This document shows positions 48,924-64,000 of a stretch of 64,000 nucleotides of DNA, in pieces. Origin of the DNA: the human T2T-CHM13v2.0 reference genome, Homo sapiens. The notes below the pieces were generated by a model that did no database searches, was not told where the DNA came from, and saw nothing but the letters and a program-made list of their open reading frames with translations. The stretch's first letter is position 1, and each line of letters begins with the position of its first letter. The translations under genes and the position numbers were made by a program. Location of the stretch: the NCBI RefSeq assembly GCF_009914755.1, contig NC_060939.1. One strand, 5' to 3'.

Positions 48924-49527
48924 TGAAAGTTGCAGATATGAGGATAAAGTCAGTTCTGTCAGACTCAAATTTGAGTCAGGGAAGCATGAAGGGGAAGGGC
49001 TCATGCTTGCATATCCGAGATAAGGCTATCTCAAGGACTTTCTAAAATAACTCCACAAGAAATTCCTTCACAGCTTTCACATATCTCATTCTTTTCATGA
49101 CTTAACGTTCTGCACATATGCATACATTTCTAGGACCAGGTTTATCATTAGACATTCTTTAGAACTGTAGCAATTCAGATAAGATGCTCTTGAAAGAACC
49201 CTTGCCTAGTAATGGCATCTCCACCAATGAACTGACGCTGACTCTGGCTTTGAGCTTCTGGAAAAAATGAACTCTTTCCAAGCAGCTTACATGAGCTTAT
49301 CCTTTTTGTCAATAAAATCTTCCTCTTACCATCTCCTCTTTGGGTGTATCTGTGGCTTTACTATAGCTGTGCTATGGTGAGATTACATTATAGTAAGGTT
49401 ATATTATAGTCTGGGCAGATTATAATATAGTATAATTTGTGCCCAGATTATAGTTCTTTTTACTTACTCTTGGAAAAATACATTAAATTAGGAGATAATT
49501 TTCTCTGATGTCTTTTTTAGCTTGATG
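48924..49527 (+). mobile_element. ERV1 3' LTR (MER34-like)
   Basis: TGAAAGTTG start after the PPT; AATAAA at 49311-49316; ttttttagcttga end. Confidence 0.7.
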
Positions 49528-49630
49528 CCATCAGCATGCAGACATCCTCTCTAGTATCTCCTGTCTTGAAAAAGGAAAGGAGGAAAACCTCCTTTGATCT
49601 TAGGTCCCTCTTCACCCCTGTCCTATTTAA

Positions 49631-49976
<346 letters not shown>

Positions 49977-50793
49977 CTCTGCTTTCTTATCTATTGTCTT
50001 CTCAACCTATTCAAATTGGCTTTCTTTTCTTGTGCTCTGAGACCATGCTTGCCTAGGTCTTGAGTGACCTCCACATTGTCAAATCTCATGGTCACTTCTC
50101 CATCTGAGCTCTCAACAGCATTTGACCCAGTGGACTATTCTCTGCTTACAACACCTTCTGTACTTGCTCAGATTTCCTCTGGAATCACTAGCTGTTCCTT
50201 CAGGTGTCTTTTAATGGGTCCTTCTCATGCCCTTGACTGTAAATCCTGGAATACCCCAGGCCCTGGCTTGGGTACTTTCTCTTTTCTAACTTTGCATGCT
50301 CCCAAGGTAGCTTCCTCAGCTGCAGATTTACACAAAATCTATACATTGATTTCTCTCTAAATTATATTTCTAGCCCAGATGCTTCTCCTGGATACAGACA
50401 CACAAATCTAAGTGCCTGCATCACCTCTCTCCTTGGATATTTAAAAAATCTCAAATTTAAGATGTTCAAATGTGAACTCTTAATTATCTCTACCCCAAAC
50501 TGTTTTTCTACTTGTGATCTCTTAAGCAAAACAAAACAAACCAAAGTAAAACAAAAACCAGGACTCATCCTTGACATTTCTTTCCCTTATTCCCAATTCA
50601 TCAGCAAGCCTTTCCTCTTGGTTCTACTTTCAAAATACAACCGTTTGCTTTTCTCCATCTCTGCTACTATCACCTTGGTCCTGGCCATCATTTCTTGCCC
50701 CCATGATTGTAGTAGCCTCCTAACCAATTTCCAGACCAGCTACAATTCATTTGCCCACAATGGCCAGGATACTGTTTTAAAAAATGTATCTCG

Positions 50794-51304
<511 letters not shown>

Positions 51305-53688
51305 TCAGTGGCTTCCAGTTGAATTTAAAATAAAACCTAAGCTTCCTCTTCGGGCCTGTGAAACCTCACTTGACTTGGCCTCTCCCACTCCTCTCCTGAG
51401 GATGTTTAGCCGCTTTTTGCTCCCTTGGTATTCTAAGAAAGGTCATTCTATCTTGGGGCCTTTGTGGTAGCTGTTCCCTTAGCCTAGCATGCTTTTCCCC
51501 TTGATCCTTGCAAAGTAGTTCCTTCTTGTCATTCACATCATAGCACAGATTAAGGTCTCCTTTTAAGAGAGGGCTTCCCTGGCTATTCAATTCAAATAGA
51601 CATTTACCCTTTCTTGTCTGTTATCCATTTGGGTGGATTATTTTTTCCTATCACAAATATTTTAATATTTTCGATATTTTGATAATTGTTTTTCAATATA
51701 ATTGTGTTCCTTTATTCTATGTGCTTTTAATTAAACATTTTATTTTGAGGTAATTGCAGATTCACATGCAATTATAAGAAATAATACCAATCTCTTGTAT
51801 CCTTTATTCAGTTTCCCCCAGTGATAACACTATGAAAAACTATTGTACATATCACAACTAGGATGTTTATGTTGATACAGTCAGGATATAGAACAGGTCC
51901 ACTACCACAAAGATCCCCTGTGTCACCCTTTATAGCCATACCCACTTCCTTCCTGCCTCCATTCCCTCCTTAACCCCTGGCAACTACTATTTTTTTCTTC
52001 ATTTCTATAATTTTGTCATTGCAGGAATATTATATAAATGGAATCATACAGTCTGTGACCTTTTCTGAATGGCTTAAAGTGTCAGCGTAATACTATATTC
52101 ACCCAGGTTGTTGTGTATATCAATAGTTTGTTCCTTTTTATTGCTGAGTAGTAATCCATGGTATGGATGTATCACAGTTTGTTCAACCATTAACATGTGG
52201 AAGGACTTTGGGATTGCTTCCAGTTTGGGGTTATTATGAATAAAGCTGCTATAAATATTTATGCACAGATTTTCCTGTGAATGTAAGTGTGTGTTTCTCT
52301 GGCATAAATGTCCAGGAGTGCAATTGTTAGAATATATATATATATATGGGGAAAGGCATGCTAGGCTAAGGGAACAGCAATCACAAAGGCCCCAAGATGG
52401 AAACACCCACCCAACTGGAGATATATGTATATAAAATCTAACATTGTACTCCTGGACATTTATCCCAGAGGAAAGGTACTACTTTGCAGGTATCAAGGGG
52501 AAAGGCATGCTACGCTGAATCTGTTTAGGTTTTTAAGAAACTATCAACCTCTTTTCCAGAGTGGCTGTACCATATTACATTCCCAAGAGTTATGTGTGAC
52601 AGTTTCAATTTCTCCACATCCTCTCCACCATTTATTGTCATTCTTTTTAATTTTAGCCTTTCTGTTAGATGTGGAGGGATATGTCATTGTGGTTTTAATT
52701 TGCGTTTCCCTAATTGCTTGTGATGTTGAATAGCTTTGCATATGCTTATTGGCTTTAAGTATCTCCTCTTATGGAAAATGTCTGTTCATATCTTTAGCCT
52801 GTTTTCTAATTGGGTTTTTAAAAAACTGTTGAGTTGTGAATTCTTTATATATTATAGATATTAGTCCTCTGTTGGATATGTGTTTGCAAATGTTTTCTAC
52901 CAGTTTGTAGCTTGTCTTTTCATCCTCTTGAATCAGATCTTTTACAGAGCAAAAGTTTTACATTTTGATGAAGTCCAATTTAAGAATTTCTCCACATATG
53001 GATCATACTTTTGGAGTCTAAGAACTCTTGCTTAGTCAGAGATCATGAAGATTTTCTCCTATGTCTATTTCTGAAAGTTATATAGTTTTATGTTTTACAT
53101 TTTAGTCTGTAATCCATTTTGAATTAATTTTTTTAATAAAGTGTGAGACTTAGGTTGTTTTCTTTGCCTGTGGATGTCTACTTACTCCAGTACCACGTGT
53201 TGCAAAGGCTATCCCTCCTCCGTTGAATTGCTTTTGCATCTTTGTCAAAATCAACTGAGCATATTTGTGTGGGTCTACTCATGCCTTGCCTATTCTGTTC
53301 CATTGACCTGTATATCTGTCCCTTGGCCAGTACTATCCAGTCTTGATGACTGTAGCTATATTCTAAGTCTTGTATCAGGTAGACTGACTTGTCCCACATT
53401 ATTCTTTTTCAGAATTGTTTTAGCTATTCTAGTTATTTTGTCTTTTCGTATAAATTTTAGAATACTCTTGTCTATATAAAAAAATCTTGCTGGAGTTTTG
53501 ATAGGAATTGCGTTAAACCTGTATATCCATTTGGAAAGCATTGATGAACATTGATATGTTTCCTGTTGTAAGTCTTCTAATCAATGGATATGGTGTATCT
53601 CTGTGTGTATTTTGCTCTTTGATTTCTCTCATCAGCATTTTGTAGTTGTCAGCACATAGATCGTGTGCATGTTTTATTAAATTTGTAG

Positions 53689-54047
<359 letters not shown>

Positions 54048-56028
54048 AGGTATTGTATATTCAATGTAGGTGTCCATGTATTTATTGCTAGTGTATGAAG
54101 ATATAATTGTTTTTGTACGTTTATCTTGTATCCTGTGACCTTGCAGAACTTATTTATTAGTTCTAGGAGTTTTTGTTTTTGTTTTTTAGATTCCTTGGGA
54201 TTTTCTATGTAAACAATTATGTCATCTGTGAATAGGGACACTTTTATTTCTTCCTTTCCAATCTGTAGGCTATTTATTTTCTTGCCTTATTTCACTGTCT
54301 AGAACTTCCAGCATTATTTGAATAAGAGTAGTGAGAGTTGACATCCTTGCCTTGTTCCCCATCTTGGGAGGAAATTATTCAATCTTTCACTATTAAGTGT
54401 AGTGTTCACTGTAGGATTTTTGTAGATGCTCTTAACCACAGTGAGGAAATTTCCCTGTATTTCTACTTTTCTGAATTTTTATCATGAATGAGTATTGAGT
54501 TTTGTCAAATGTGCATCAGTTGATATGATCATGTAATTTTTCTTCTTTAGCCTGTTAATGTGGCAGATTGCATTAATTGATTTTCAAAAACTGAACCAGC
54601 AAAACCCACTTGGTCATGATGTATAATTTTTTAAAGATACTGATCAATTCTGTTTGCTAACGTTTTATTGTATTTTTTTGGTGTCTATATCCATGAGGGA
54701 TATTGGTCTTTAGTAGTGTTTTTTTTTTTTTTTGTAATTTGTCTAGTTTTGGTACCTTAATAAAATTAACTGGGAAATGTTCTTTCCTGTTCTGTTTTCT
54801 GAAGGAGATTGTGTAGAATTGGTATTAATTCTTTAGACAATTCAGAGAATTTTCCAGTAAAACCATCTAGGCCTGGTGATTTCTCATTTGGGAAATTTCA
54901 AATTACACGTTTAATGTCCTTAATAGTGATATAGTGTTATTCAAATTATCTGTTTTTTATCGAGTGAGTTTTATTAGTTTGTGTTTTTCAAGGAATTGGT
55001 TCATTTCAATTAAGTGATCAGTTTTAGGCATGAGAGTTATTTATAGTATTCCCTTATTATTGTTTTGTTGTCTGCAGGGCTATAGTAATATCTCATCTTT
55101 CATTCCTGATAATGGTAATTTTTGTCTTCTCTTTTTCTTTTTCAGTCCTGGTAAAGGTTTGTCAGTTTTATTGATCTTTTCAAAGAACTAGCCCTTTGTT
55201 TTATTTTCTCAATTGTTTTGTTCTTTTCAATTTCGTTGATTTCTGCCCTTATCCTTATTATTTTCTTCCTTCTGCTTCCTTAGTTTATTTGCATATTTTC
55301 CTTCCACACCAGGTTCTTGAGGGAAATGAGATTATTGATTTGAGACCTTTTCTGTCTTCTAAGGTACAAAGTTAGTGCTATATTCTTTCCTTTTATCTCA
55401 CTTCAGTTGTGCCTCACTAATTGTGATATGTTGTATTTTAATTTTCATTCAATTCAATGTATTTTTGACTTCCCTTCAGACTTTTTCTTTGATCCATGTA
55501 TCATTTAGAAGTTTGTTTTTTTAGTTTCCAAGTGTTTGGGATTTTTCTTGTTATTGATTTCTACTTTGATTTCATTGTCATTATAGAACACTTTCTGTAT
55601 GATTTCAGTTCTTTTAAATTTGTTGAGGTTTATCTGATGGCTCAGGATATGGTCTATCTTGGTATATGTTCTGTGGGTACATTAAAACGATGTGTATCTG
55701 CTGTTGTTGAGTGGAGTGTTCCAAATAAATTATCTAAATATTGATTAGCTCTTTTTGGTTGATAGTGTTACTGAGTTCTTCTATATCCTTACTGATTTTC
55801 TGTCTAGTTCTATTAATTGTTGAGATAAGTCTCCAACTATAATTATGGATTTGTCTCCCTTCTTTCATTGCTACCAGTTTTGCTTTACATAATTTGCAGC
55901 TCTGCTGTTTGGTGCCTACACATTTAGGATTGCTATGTCTACTTGGTGCACTCACTCTTTTACTATCATATAATGTTCCTGTCTCTGATAATTTTCTTTC
56001 CTCTGAAGTCTACTTTATCTGATATTAA

Positions 56029-56443
<415 letters not shown>

Positions 56444-57246
56444 TGAAGTTTGTTTTTTATAGACAGCATATAGTTAGGTTATGCTTTTTAATCTACTCTA
56501 CCTGTCTTCCTTTTAACTGGTGCATGTAGACCACTTACATTTAATGTAATTACTTATATGTTAGCGCTAAAGGCTGCCATTTTATTTTGGGGGTATTTGT
56601 TTGTTACTCTGTTTTTAATTTATTTTCTTTTCTTTCCTGTATTCCTGTGTGTTAGGTGAAATTTTTTAGTATTCCATTTTGGTTTATATAGTGTTTTTGA
56701 GTACACCTCTTTGTACTGCAGTTGTCGTGGCTGTTCACATGTGTGTGTATACATACACACACACGTTATCAAAGTCTACTGATGTCATCATTTTACCAGT
56801 TCAAGTGAAGTGTAGAAAACTAACCTCCCTTTGTCTTCCATTGGCCTTCCCTATTTATAATATAATTTCATTAAATATTTCTTCTATATACATTTAGAAA
56901 CACATTAGACAGTATTATAGTTGGGCTTTAACCATCAAATATAGTTTAGAATACTTATGGAAAGGAGTCTATTATGTTTACCCATATTTTTGCTTATCAT
57001 GTACTTTTTTCTTTTCTGATGTTCCAAGATTCTGTTTTTTATTGTTTCTTTTAGTTTAGAGAACTTTCTTTAGCCCTTCTTTTAGGGTTGGTCTGCTGGT
57101 AACAAATTCTCTTAGTTTTCCTTCATCTGAGGATATCTTGATTTCTCCTTCATTTCTGAGGATATTTACTTTGGATATAAGATTCTGGGTTGATGGTTCT
57201 TTTCTTTAAGCAACTGAAAAATATTCTGCCACTTTCTCCTGGCTTT

Positions 57247-57654
57247 TGTAAGGTTAAATTAAATAAGCAGGAGGTTATTACCTTGAGGCTGTTTTCATTC
57301 TTTGAGTTTCTACCTAATGAACCACAACCAAACAGTATGTAAACAAATTAAAAGCTAACTTAGAACTATAACAAACAGCCAAGTTTCAGCCAGTCACAGG
57401 CAGCTAGCTGATCAGACTATGCCCAAATAAGGCAAATACCTCATCATACCAGGCTTTAATAAAGCAGATGCCTAGCTGTAGCCAATCCAGTGATTTCATG
57501 ACTTTGCTTCTGTGTCTGGCCTATAAAAGTTCACTTCTCATACTACCGGACACAGGTCTCTGAACCTCTTCTGGTTCTGAGTGCTGCCTGATTCATGAAT
57601 TGCCCTTTGCTCAAATAAACTTGATTAAATTTGTCTACAGTGTTTCATTTAACA
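57247..57654 (+). mobile_element. ERV1 solo LTR (MER57-group-like)
   Basis: TGT...ACA termini; CCAAT at 57482, TATAAAA at 57522, AATAAA at 57614. Confidence 0.75.
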
Positions 57655-57763
57655 GTGATTTCTGGTGAGAAATCTGCTGTAATTCAAATTGTTTTTCTCT
57701 ATAGGTTAAGTGTCATTTCTCTCACTGGTTTCAAGATATTTTTTCTTTGTCTTTAGATTTTAG

Positions 57764-58100
<337 letters not shown>

Positions 58101-59365
58101 GGATTTCTTGCTTTATCCTGTTTGGCATTTACTTAGCTTCTTGGATCTGTAGGCTGTCTTTTGCCAAATTTGGAAAGTTTTCAACCACTGTTTCTTTGAG
58201 TGCTTTACCAGTCCTGCCTTCTTTTCCCTTCTCTTATTGGAACGCTGATGACATGAATGTTAGGTCCTTTGTTATGGTCCCTCATGTCCCTGCAGCTTTG
58301 TTCTTTGTCTTATTTTTTTCCTGCAGTTTATTTTCTCTCTGTTGTTCAGATTGGGTAATTTTCATTGTTCTATCTTCCAGTTCACATTTTTTTTCTCTGT
58401 TTCTGCATTCTGTGGGTGAGATATAGGCTAATTTTTAATTTCAGTTATTTTATTTTTCAGTTCTAAAATTTCCATTTAGCTCTTCTTCATATGTTCCATT
58501 TCTTTGCTAAGACTTTCTATTTTTCACTGCTTCTAGCATCTTCACAGTGGCTTCTTGGCTTCTTTAGAATCTTTGTCAGATAATTTTAATGGTTCTGTGA
58601 TCTTGGTGTTGGCATCTACTGATTGTCTTTTCTCATTCAACTAGAAATCTTCCTGGGTCTTGGCATGATTATTGTTTTATTAAAATCTGGGCATTTGGGG
58701 CTATGATATTATGAGACTCTGGATCTTAATTACATTGTCTGGTTTTGCTTGTTTTCTTTGACATTGCTCTGGTAGGGGACATGGGGGGCACTGCCTTGTT
58801 ACTTCCAGGTGGGGGAAGTCTCCTCTCAGACTTCACTGACACTCAAGGTGGGGTCTCATTATTGCTGAGGGGGAGCGAGAGTTCCGGCCATTAGGCCTCC
58901 ACTGATAACAAAGCACTCCTACCCTTCTCTGGTTGGGAGGGGTATGAGTGCCTTGTTACTGCTCTGCACTTGGCCTCAACTGACACCATGGCGGGGGCAG
59001 CCTCATTACCACCAGGTAGTTCTGACTCTCCACTAGGCATCCTCTGACATCACCCCAGTGGGGAGGAGCAAGGGCACCTCATTTCTGCTGATGGAGGCGA
59101 AAGTTCAGGCTCCCCACATGCTGTCCACTACCACCAAAGGTGGGTGGGGGGGTGGGTGGGTGTTGTTACTGCCTTATGGGTCTACTTGGCCTTCTCTGAC
59201 ACTGCCCCAGGGGTGAGGAGGGGAGAGGGCTATTGGTTACCTCATTTCAGCCTGGCAAGGGTAGAAGTCTAGGCCCCCATTCATCCTTTGCTGGTGTGGA
59301 TAAGGGTACGGCCACATTTTGTTTTCTCTGTGGTCTGTGGCTGGAGTAGAGCAGTTATTGTCTAA

Positions 59366-59763
<398 letters not shown>

Positions 59764-61111
59764 TGTTGGGGCTTTTTTTTTTTTTTATGTCCATGCGCAT
59801 TTCCGTGTTGCTGGCTTCTTCAGCTCCAAATCTTGGACACGTGAGGGAAAAAGAAAACTGAGAGAACCCATGACCTTGTCCTTTCTTGGGTCCCAGGGTC
59901 CCAAGCTGGTGTGCCTTCTTCTCTCCACCTTTCAGAGTCTTCTTATGTTTGTGTTCTATATAATGCCCGGGGTTTTAAATTGTAGTTAGTGTGAGGAATA
60001 GAGAAAAGTATATCTACCCCATCATCCCTGAAGCAGAAGTCCTCTGTGCTACCCAATTTTAAATCCCTTCTTAGCGGATGTTACTGTCTGATAATCTCTT
60101 GTCCTGTTTATCCCTATGGTATCCCAAGTCCCTCAAACACTGCCTGGCACATAGTAGTTGTGTAGTAATTATATGCTAAATGTCGAATGAACATTCAGCA
60201 GGTAGCGATGATGGTGAATTGGGGCCTGAATGTCCTGCTTCTGTTTACCTTCAGCCTGTTCTTTGCCTAGATCCTCTTGATTTTTTTGGAGGGAGGATGC
60301 TAAAAATCCAGATTTTATATGAAATGTCCTACTTTTGAAATATTGGCAATTAATTTAATTTTTTAAAAAGCTGTGCAGGCCAAAGAAATGTGTGTGATTA
60401 ATTATTATAATCCACTGCCAAATGGCTGGCACTTTTTTTTTTTCAGAGTCTTAGGTAAGCGTATATTGCTTGGATAGTTCATCTGCAGGTTGCCTTTTTC
60501 TCAGTTTTTGAATAGTGGAAGGATGTTACCTGCTCACCCATAGCTTGGCCAGTATTTGCTCAGGAGCTGCATATGGTCTCTGTAGAGATAACTCCTGGCT
60601 TTTTGTCTGAGGATGTTCCTGTAAACCTTATTGGGAGGCAGATTGGGTAGTAATGAACTGAGCGCTTGCCCATGTGCTGTTGTGTTAATCCGTTGAAGGA
60701 GCTTGGCTGGCAGAATGTGAGAGCTCTGGCATGATCGGGGATAAGGACAGAAAGCTGTCAAGTCATGATACAGATTTGACGATGCTGGGTGGGCAGAGCA
60801 GCAGAAGGCAGGCTTTGAAATGGGTGGGCAGCCTCACAAGTGGGCTGAGCAAAGGCTGGCAAGAAATGAGGTGGAGGGAGTGCTTTGCTTGTAGTGACCT
60901 ATTTAGGAATCTTTTGAGAACAGGATGCAAGAATAGGTATTCTCTCGAATGTTATAAGGCAGATATAATCCCCTTCTTGGTGGTCTCATTGAGCCTTAGC
61001 TCAATGTAAAAGTGATGCATCTTAAAACCTATTTTAATAAATTTTATATAAATATAACTATATATAAAAAACTATAATTTTATATAAAAATTCGTTTTAA
61101 AAAAGTTAACT

Positions 61112-61434
61112 AGGCTGGGCACAGTGGCTCACGCCTGTAATCCAAGCACTTTGGGAGGCCAAGGCAGGCAGATCACATGAGGCCAGGAGTTCGAGACCAG
61201 CTTCGCCAACATAGTAAAACCCTGTCTCTACTAAAAATATAAAAAATTAACCGGGCGGGGTGTTGCGTGCCTGTAATCCCAGCTACTCGGGAGGCCGAGA
61301 CAGGAGAATCGTTTGAACCTGGGAGACAAAGATTTCAGTGAGCCAAGATCACGCCACTGTACTCCAGCCTGGGTGACCGAGTGAGCTTCTGTCTCAATAA
61401 ATAAATCAATAAATAAAATAAAATAAAAAATAAA
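61112..61434 (+). mobile_element. Alu (AluS)
   Basis: TSD AAAAGTTAACTA. Confidence 0.95.
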
Positions 61435-61974
61435 AAGTTAACTAGCATTCCTGAATTTTACCCATCCTGGATCTCTGCTATTCACATTGGTGTCACCAAG
61501 TGCATTTTCCAAGAAAAGACAGTCATTGCCTAAAACAAATTGTCACCTGTTGTATTGAAATTATTTTGGTTACTTCCTGTGCCTGTCTACCAGATACTGC
61601 TTATACAAGTCTTGAGGAATGCTTGCTGAGTGAATGAATGCTTGCATTCTTTTCTCATGACTTCGCACTTACAGCGCACAGAAATCTGAGGTCTGTAGAC
61701 TCCTGGTTGCTGAAGAGTTGGGATGTTGCACCAAAATTAAAATTTTCTTTATTGTATTAGTCTTTGACTTTAACTCTGGCATCTACTTTGTTTGGAGCTT
61801 TGTCTTTTATAAATAAATAATTAGGAGTAAGGATTTCTAAACATTTTATCTTCATATCCAGGACAAATGTTTTGCAGTTAGTTAATCAACCATTACGTGA
61901 GTATTGATCATAATACTAATTAGATTTATTTTGCAGATGTGGTGGATGCTATACAAAGTGTTTTAGTGGAAAGG

Positions 61975-62195
61975 TCTCATTTAATCCTCATAACTATCAA
62001 AAAATAGTATAAACAGTCAAATAGTATGTCAAATAGTATAACTAGCAAAAAGTAGATTAAAATAGTATTATTTTTATCCTCCTTCTACGAAGGAGGGAAT
62101 TGAGGCTTGGCAAGGTCAAGTAAAATTTGCTGAAGTTTATACAGTTGGAAAGTGATCTTTCCAGGACTCAAGAGCAGGCTTGTGTGATTCCAAGG
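61975..62195 (-). mobile_element. MIR
   Basis: ctcatttaatcctcataac...gaattgaggctt...aggtcaagtaa. Confidence 0.7.
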
Positions 62196-62400
62196 CAAGT
62201 ACAGTACAGTATTTGTTACCATCGCATGAGATAAATATTTGTGTTTGTATTTGTCACCATTGCATGAAATAAATCTGTTGCTAATTCTCTAACCTTTTCT
62301 CCATGATTCTGAATCCTTATATAAATTTGAGGTGCTTTCATCATTCATTGGAGCCAGATGTCACCTGTTTACACTCTGTATTACATAGAATATTCTAAAA

Positions 62401-62745
62401 CAGGGGTTGGCAAACATTTGGCCTGTGGGCCAGATATGGCCCACTGCCTGTTTTATTGTACAGCTTGTGAGCTAAGAATGGTTTTTATAATTTCTTCTAA
62501 TGGTTGAAAAAAATCAAAAGAATAAAAATATTTAAAACATGTGATAATTACATGAAATTCAGATTTCAGTGTTCATACATAAAGTTCTATTGGAACACAG
62601 CCATGCTCATTTACCTACTTGTTGTCTCTGGCTGCTTTTGTATTACAAGGGCAGAGTTGAGTAGTTGTAACAAGAGACTGCATGGAGGGCAAAGCCTGAA
62701 ATACTACTATGTGGTCCCTACAAAGAAGTTTGCCAACAGTTTTTC
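62401..62745. mobile_element. MER58B-like hAT element
   Basis: Terminal inverted repeats caggggttggcaaac ... gtttgccaac. Confidence 0.8.
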
Positions 62746-64000
62746 TGGACTATAAGTCTGGGCAATTGAAGTATGGCGGTATGCATGTTTCTGAAGCCCT
62801 GGATAGAACACTAGAAGCGTTTTGTCTGAATATGCAGTTTGGTTGTGCATTTTTGGAGGATCCCCAATGCTCAACAGTTCTTTTTCATCCTGGTGACCTG
62901 GGGAGGGCCTCACTCTGGAATACATTCTTACTTTGTAGTTCAGGAGCTACAAGTACCAAAAAGTCACCTCTGCTAATGCCTTACTTGGCCATCACACACC
63001 AAACTCTTCTATCCAGATATTATAGTACTGGGGAAGAATGACTGTGGTATGTTTGCTTGGATGGGGACTCTCATTTACTTGGAGGGAGGAACTCAAGAAG
63101 CATTTTTGGGTTGCAGGTTGTCTGGCATTTTGCTGTGCATTTCATTGTAATTTCTCACCAGGGAAACACTGCTTGCTCTCCTGGCTGGGTTTACTTCATT
63201 TCTATCATCTTTTCTTTCTTGTTTTAATAATTCCAACTTCATCTTGCCTTCTCCTTTGCTTCATTTTGAAAGAGTCCCAGTTTGCTTTTCTTGCCAATTC
63301 TCTACTTACTTTTCCCAGAGCTCAAAAATTATTCTTGGGGGTGATGTCATTTTCATGTTTATCTTTCTTCTCTCACATGACTTAATCAAATAAGTATGTA
63401 GATTATAATTTGTGAGCTGTGTTCTGAGGGAATTAATTGATCATCATCATATTCTTTTAAAAGGACTGTGGCCAGTTTTAGCCTCGGTTAACTTCAGTCA
63501 GTTTGTACAATAGTAATGGAATGTTTTGGCGTCTATTGGAGCAGGCGTGGACCATATATGTTCTATAGGCTTTTCAGAAATTCTATGCAGAAATTATGTG
63601 AACCAGATGGTACCCTTTTGATTTGCCAGACATGCATACTTAAAGAAATGTGGGGCATTTATTCTCCTTAGGAGACTTAGAGGGGGTTCTTTGGGAATGT
63701 AAATCAGCCAAAATTGTCCTAATTGAAAAATTCTTTGGAGTTTGTCATCAAAATAAGGAGTGTACTATCAGAAGACCGCATAGATTTTGCGGGAACAAAT
63801 ATTACTGGATTTATTTGATTTACTTCTCTGAGAATGAAAAGCCCCATAGACTTAGGTAAAAGAGGATATAATCCATGAGATGCTTTTATTTTGATAGGGC
63901 CATGGATTTGCTCACTTAGGCCTCTTTGGGGACACTTTCAGCAGTGAGAGTATGTGGATGTGAGGTGGGTGAGGGAGATGGCATGGGTCCCAGGGAATGA

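Noticed and set aside
58740-59300. Recurring CCTC(C/T)NCTGACAC-like motifs as a CRISPR-like or novel array
   Set aside because: They are irregular and degenerate, and sit in the 5' region of the ancient L1, [14 protein letters not shown] decayed L1M 5'UTR repeats. CRISPR does not apply to human DNA.

Overview
Human (primate) genomic DNA, rich in repeats. The only host coding sequence is the CpG-island promoter and first coding exon (33443-33487, MSVAGLKKQFHKASQ|GT) of an endophilin-A gene, best matching SH3GL3 (endophilin A3), on the + strand. About 33 kb upstream is intergenic and about 30 kb downstream is intron 1. A full-length human-specific LINE-1 (L1HS, ~36620-42750, - strand, 16-bp TSD) lies 3 kb into intron 1. 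It has intact ORF1 and ORF0, but ORF2 is inactivated twice (1-nt frameshift and FADD->FAND). It also has an atypical ACT diagnostic triplet and a stacked 3' tail that reads like two serial 3' transductions. The rest is ~30 Alus, old L1M/L2/MIR, MaLR/ERV LTRs and DNA-transposon fossils. I found no new protein-coding system. The most interesting signals are retrotransposition and repair scars: the L1HS lineage tag, a possible L1 gene-breaking/antisense-promoter arrangement in SH3GL3, a multi-template inverted insertion at ~52.35 kb, a split-inverted L1 at ~4.7-5.9 kb, and a mini L1 with transduction inside an Alu. Repeat subfamily names are recalled by eye, not from RepeatMasker, and boundaries of old repeats are approximate.
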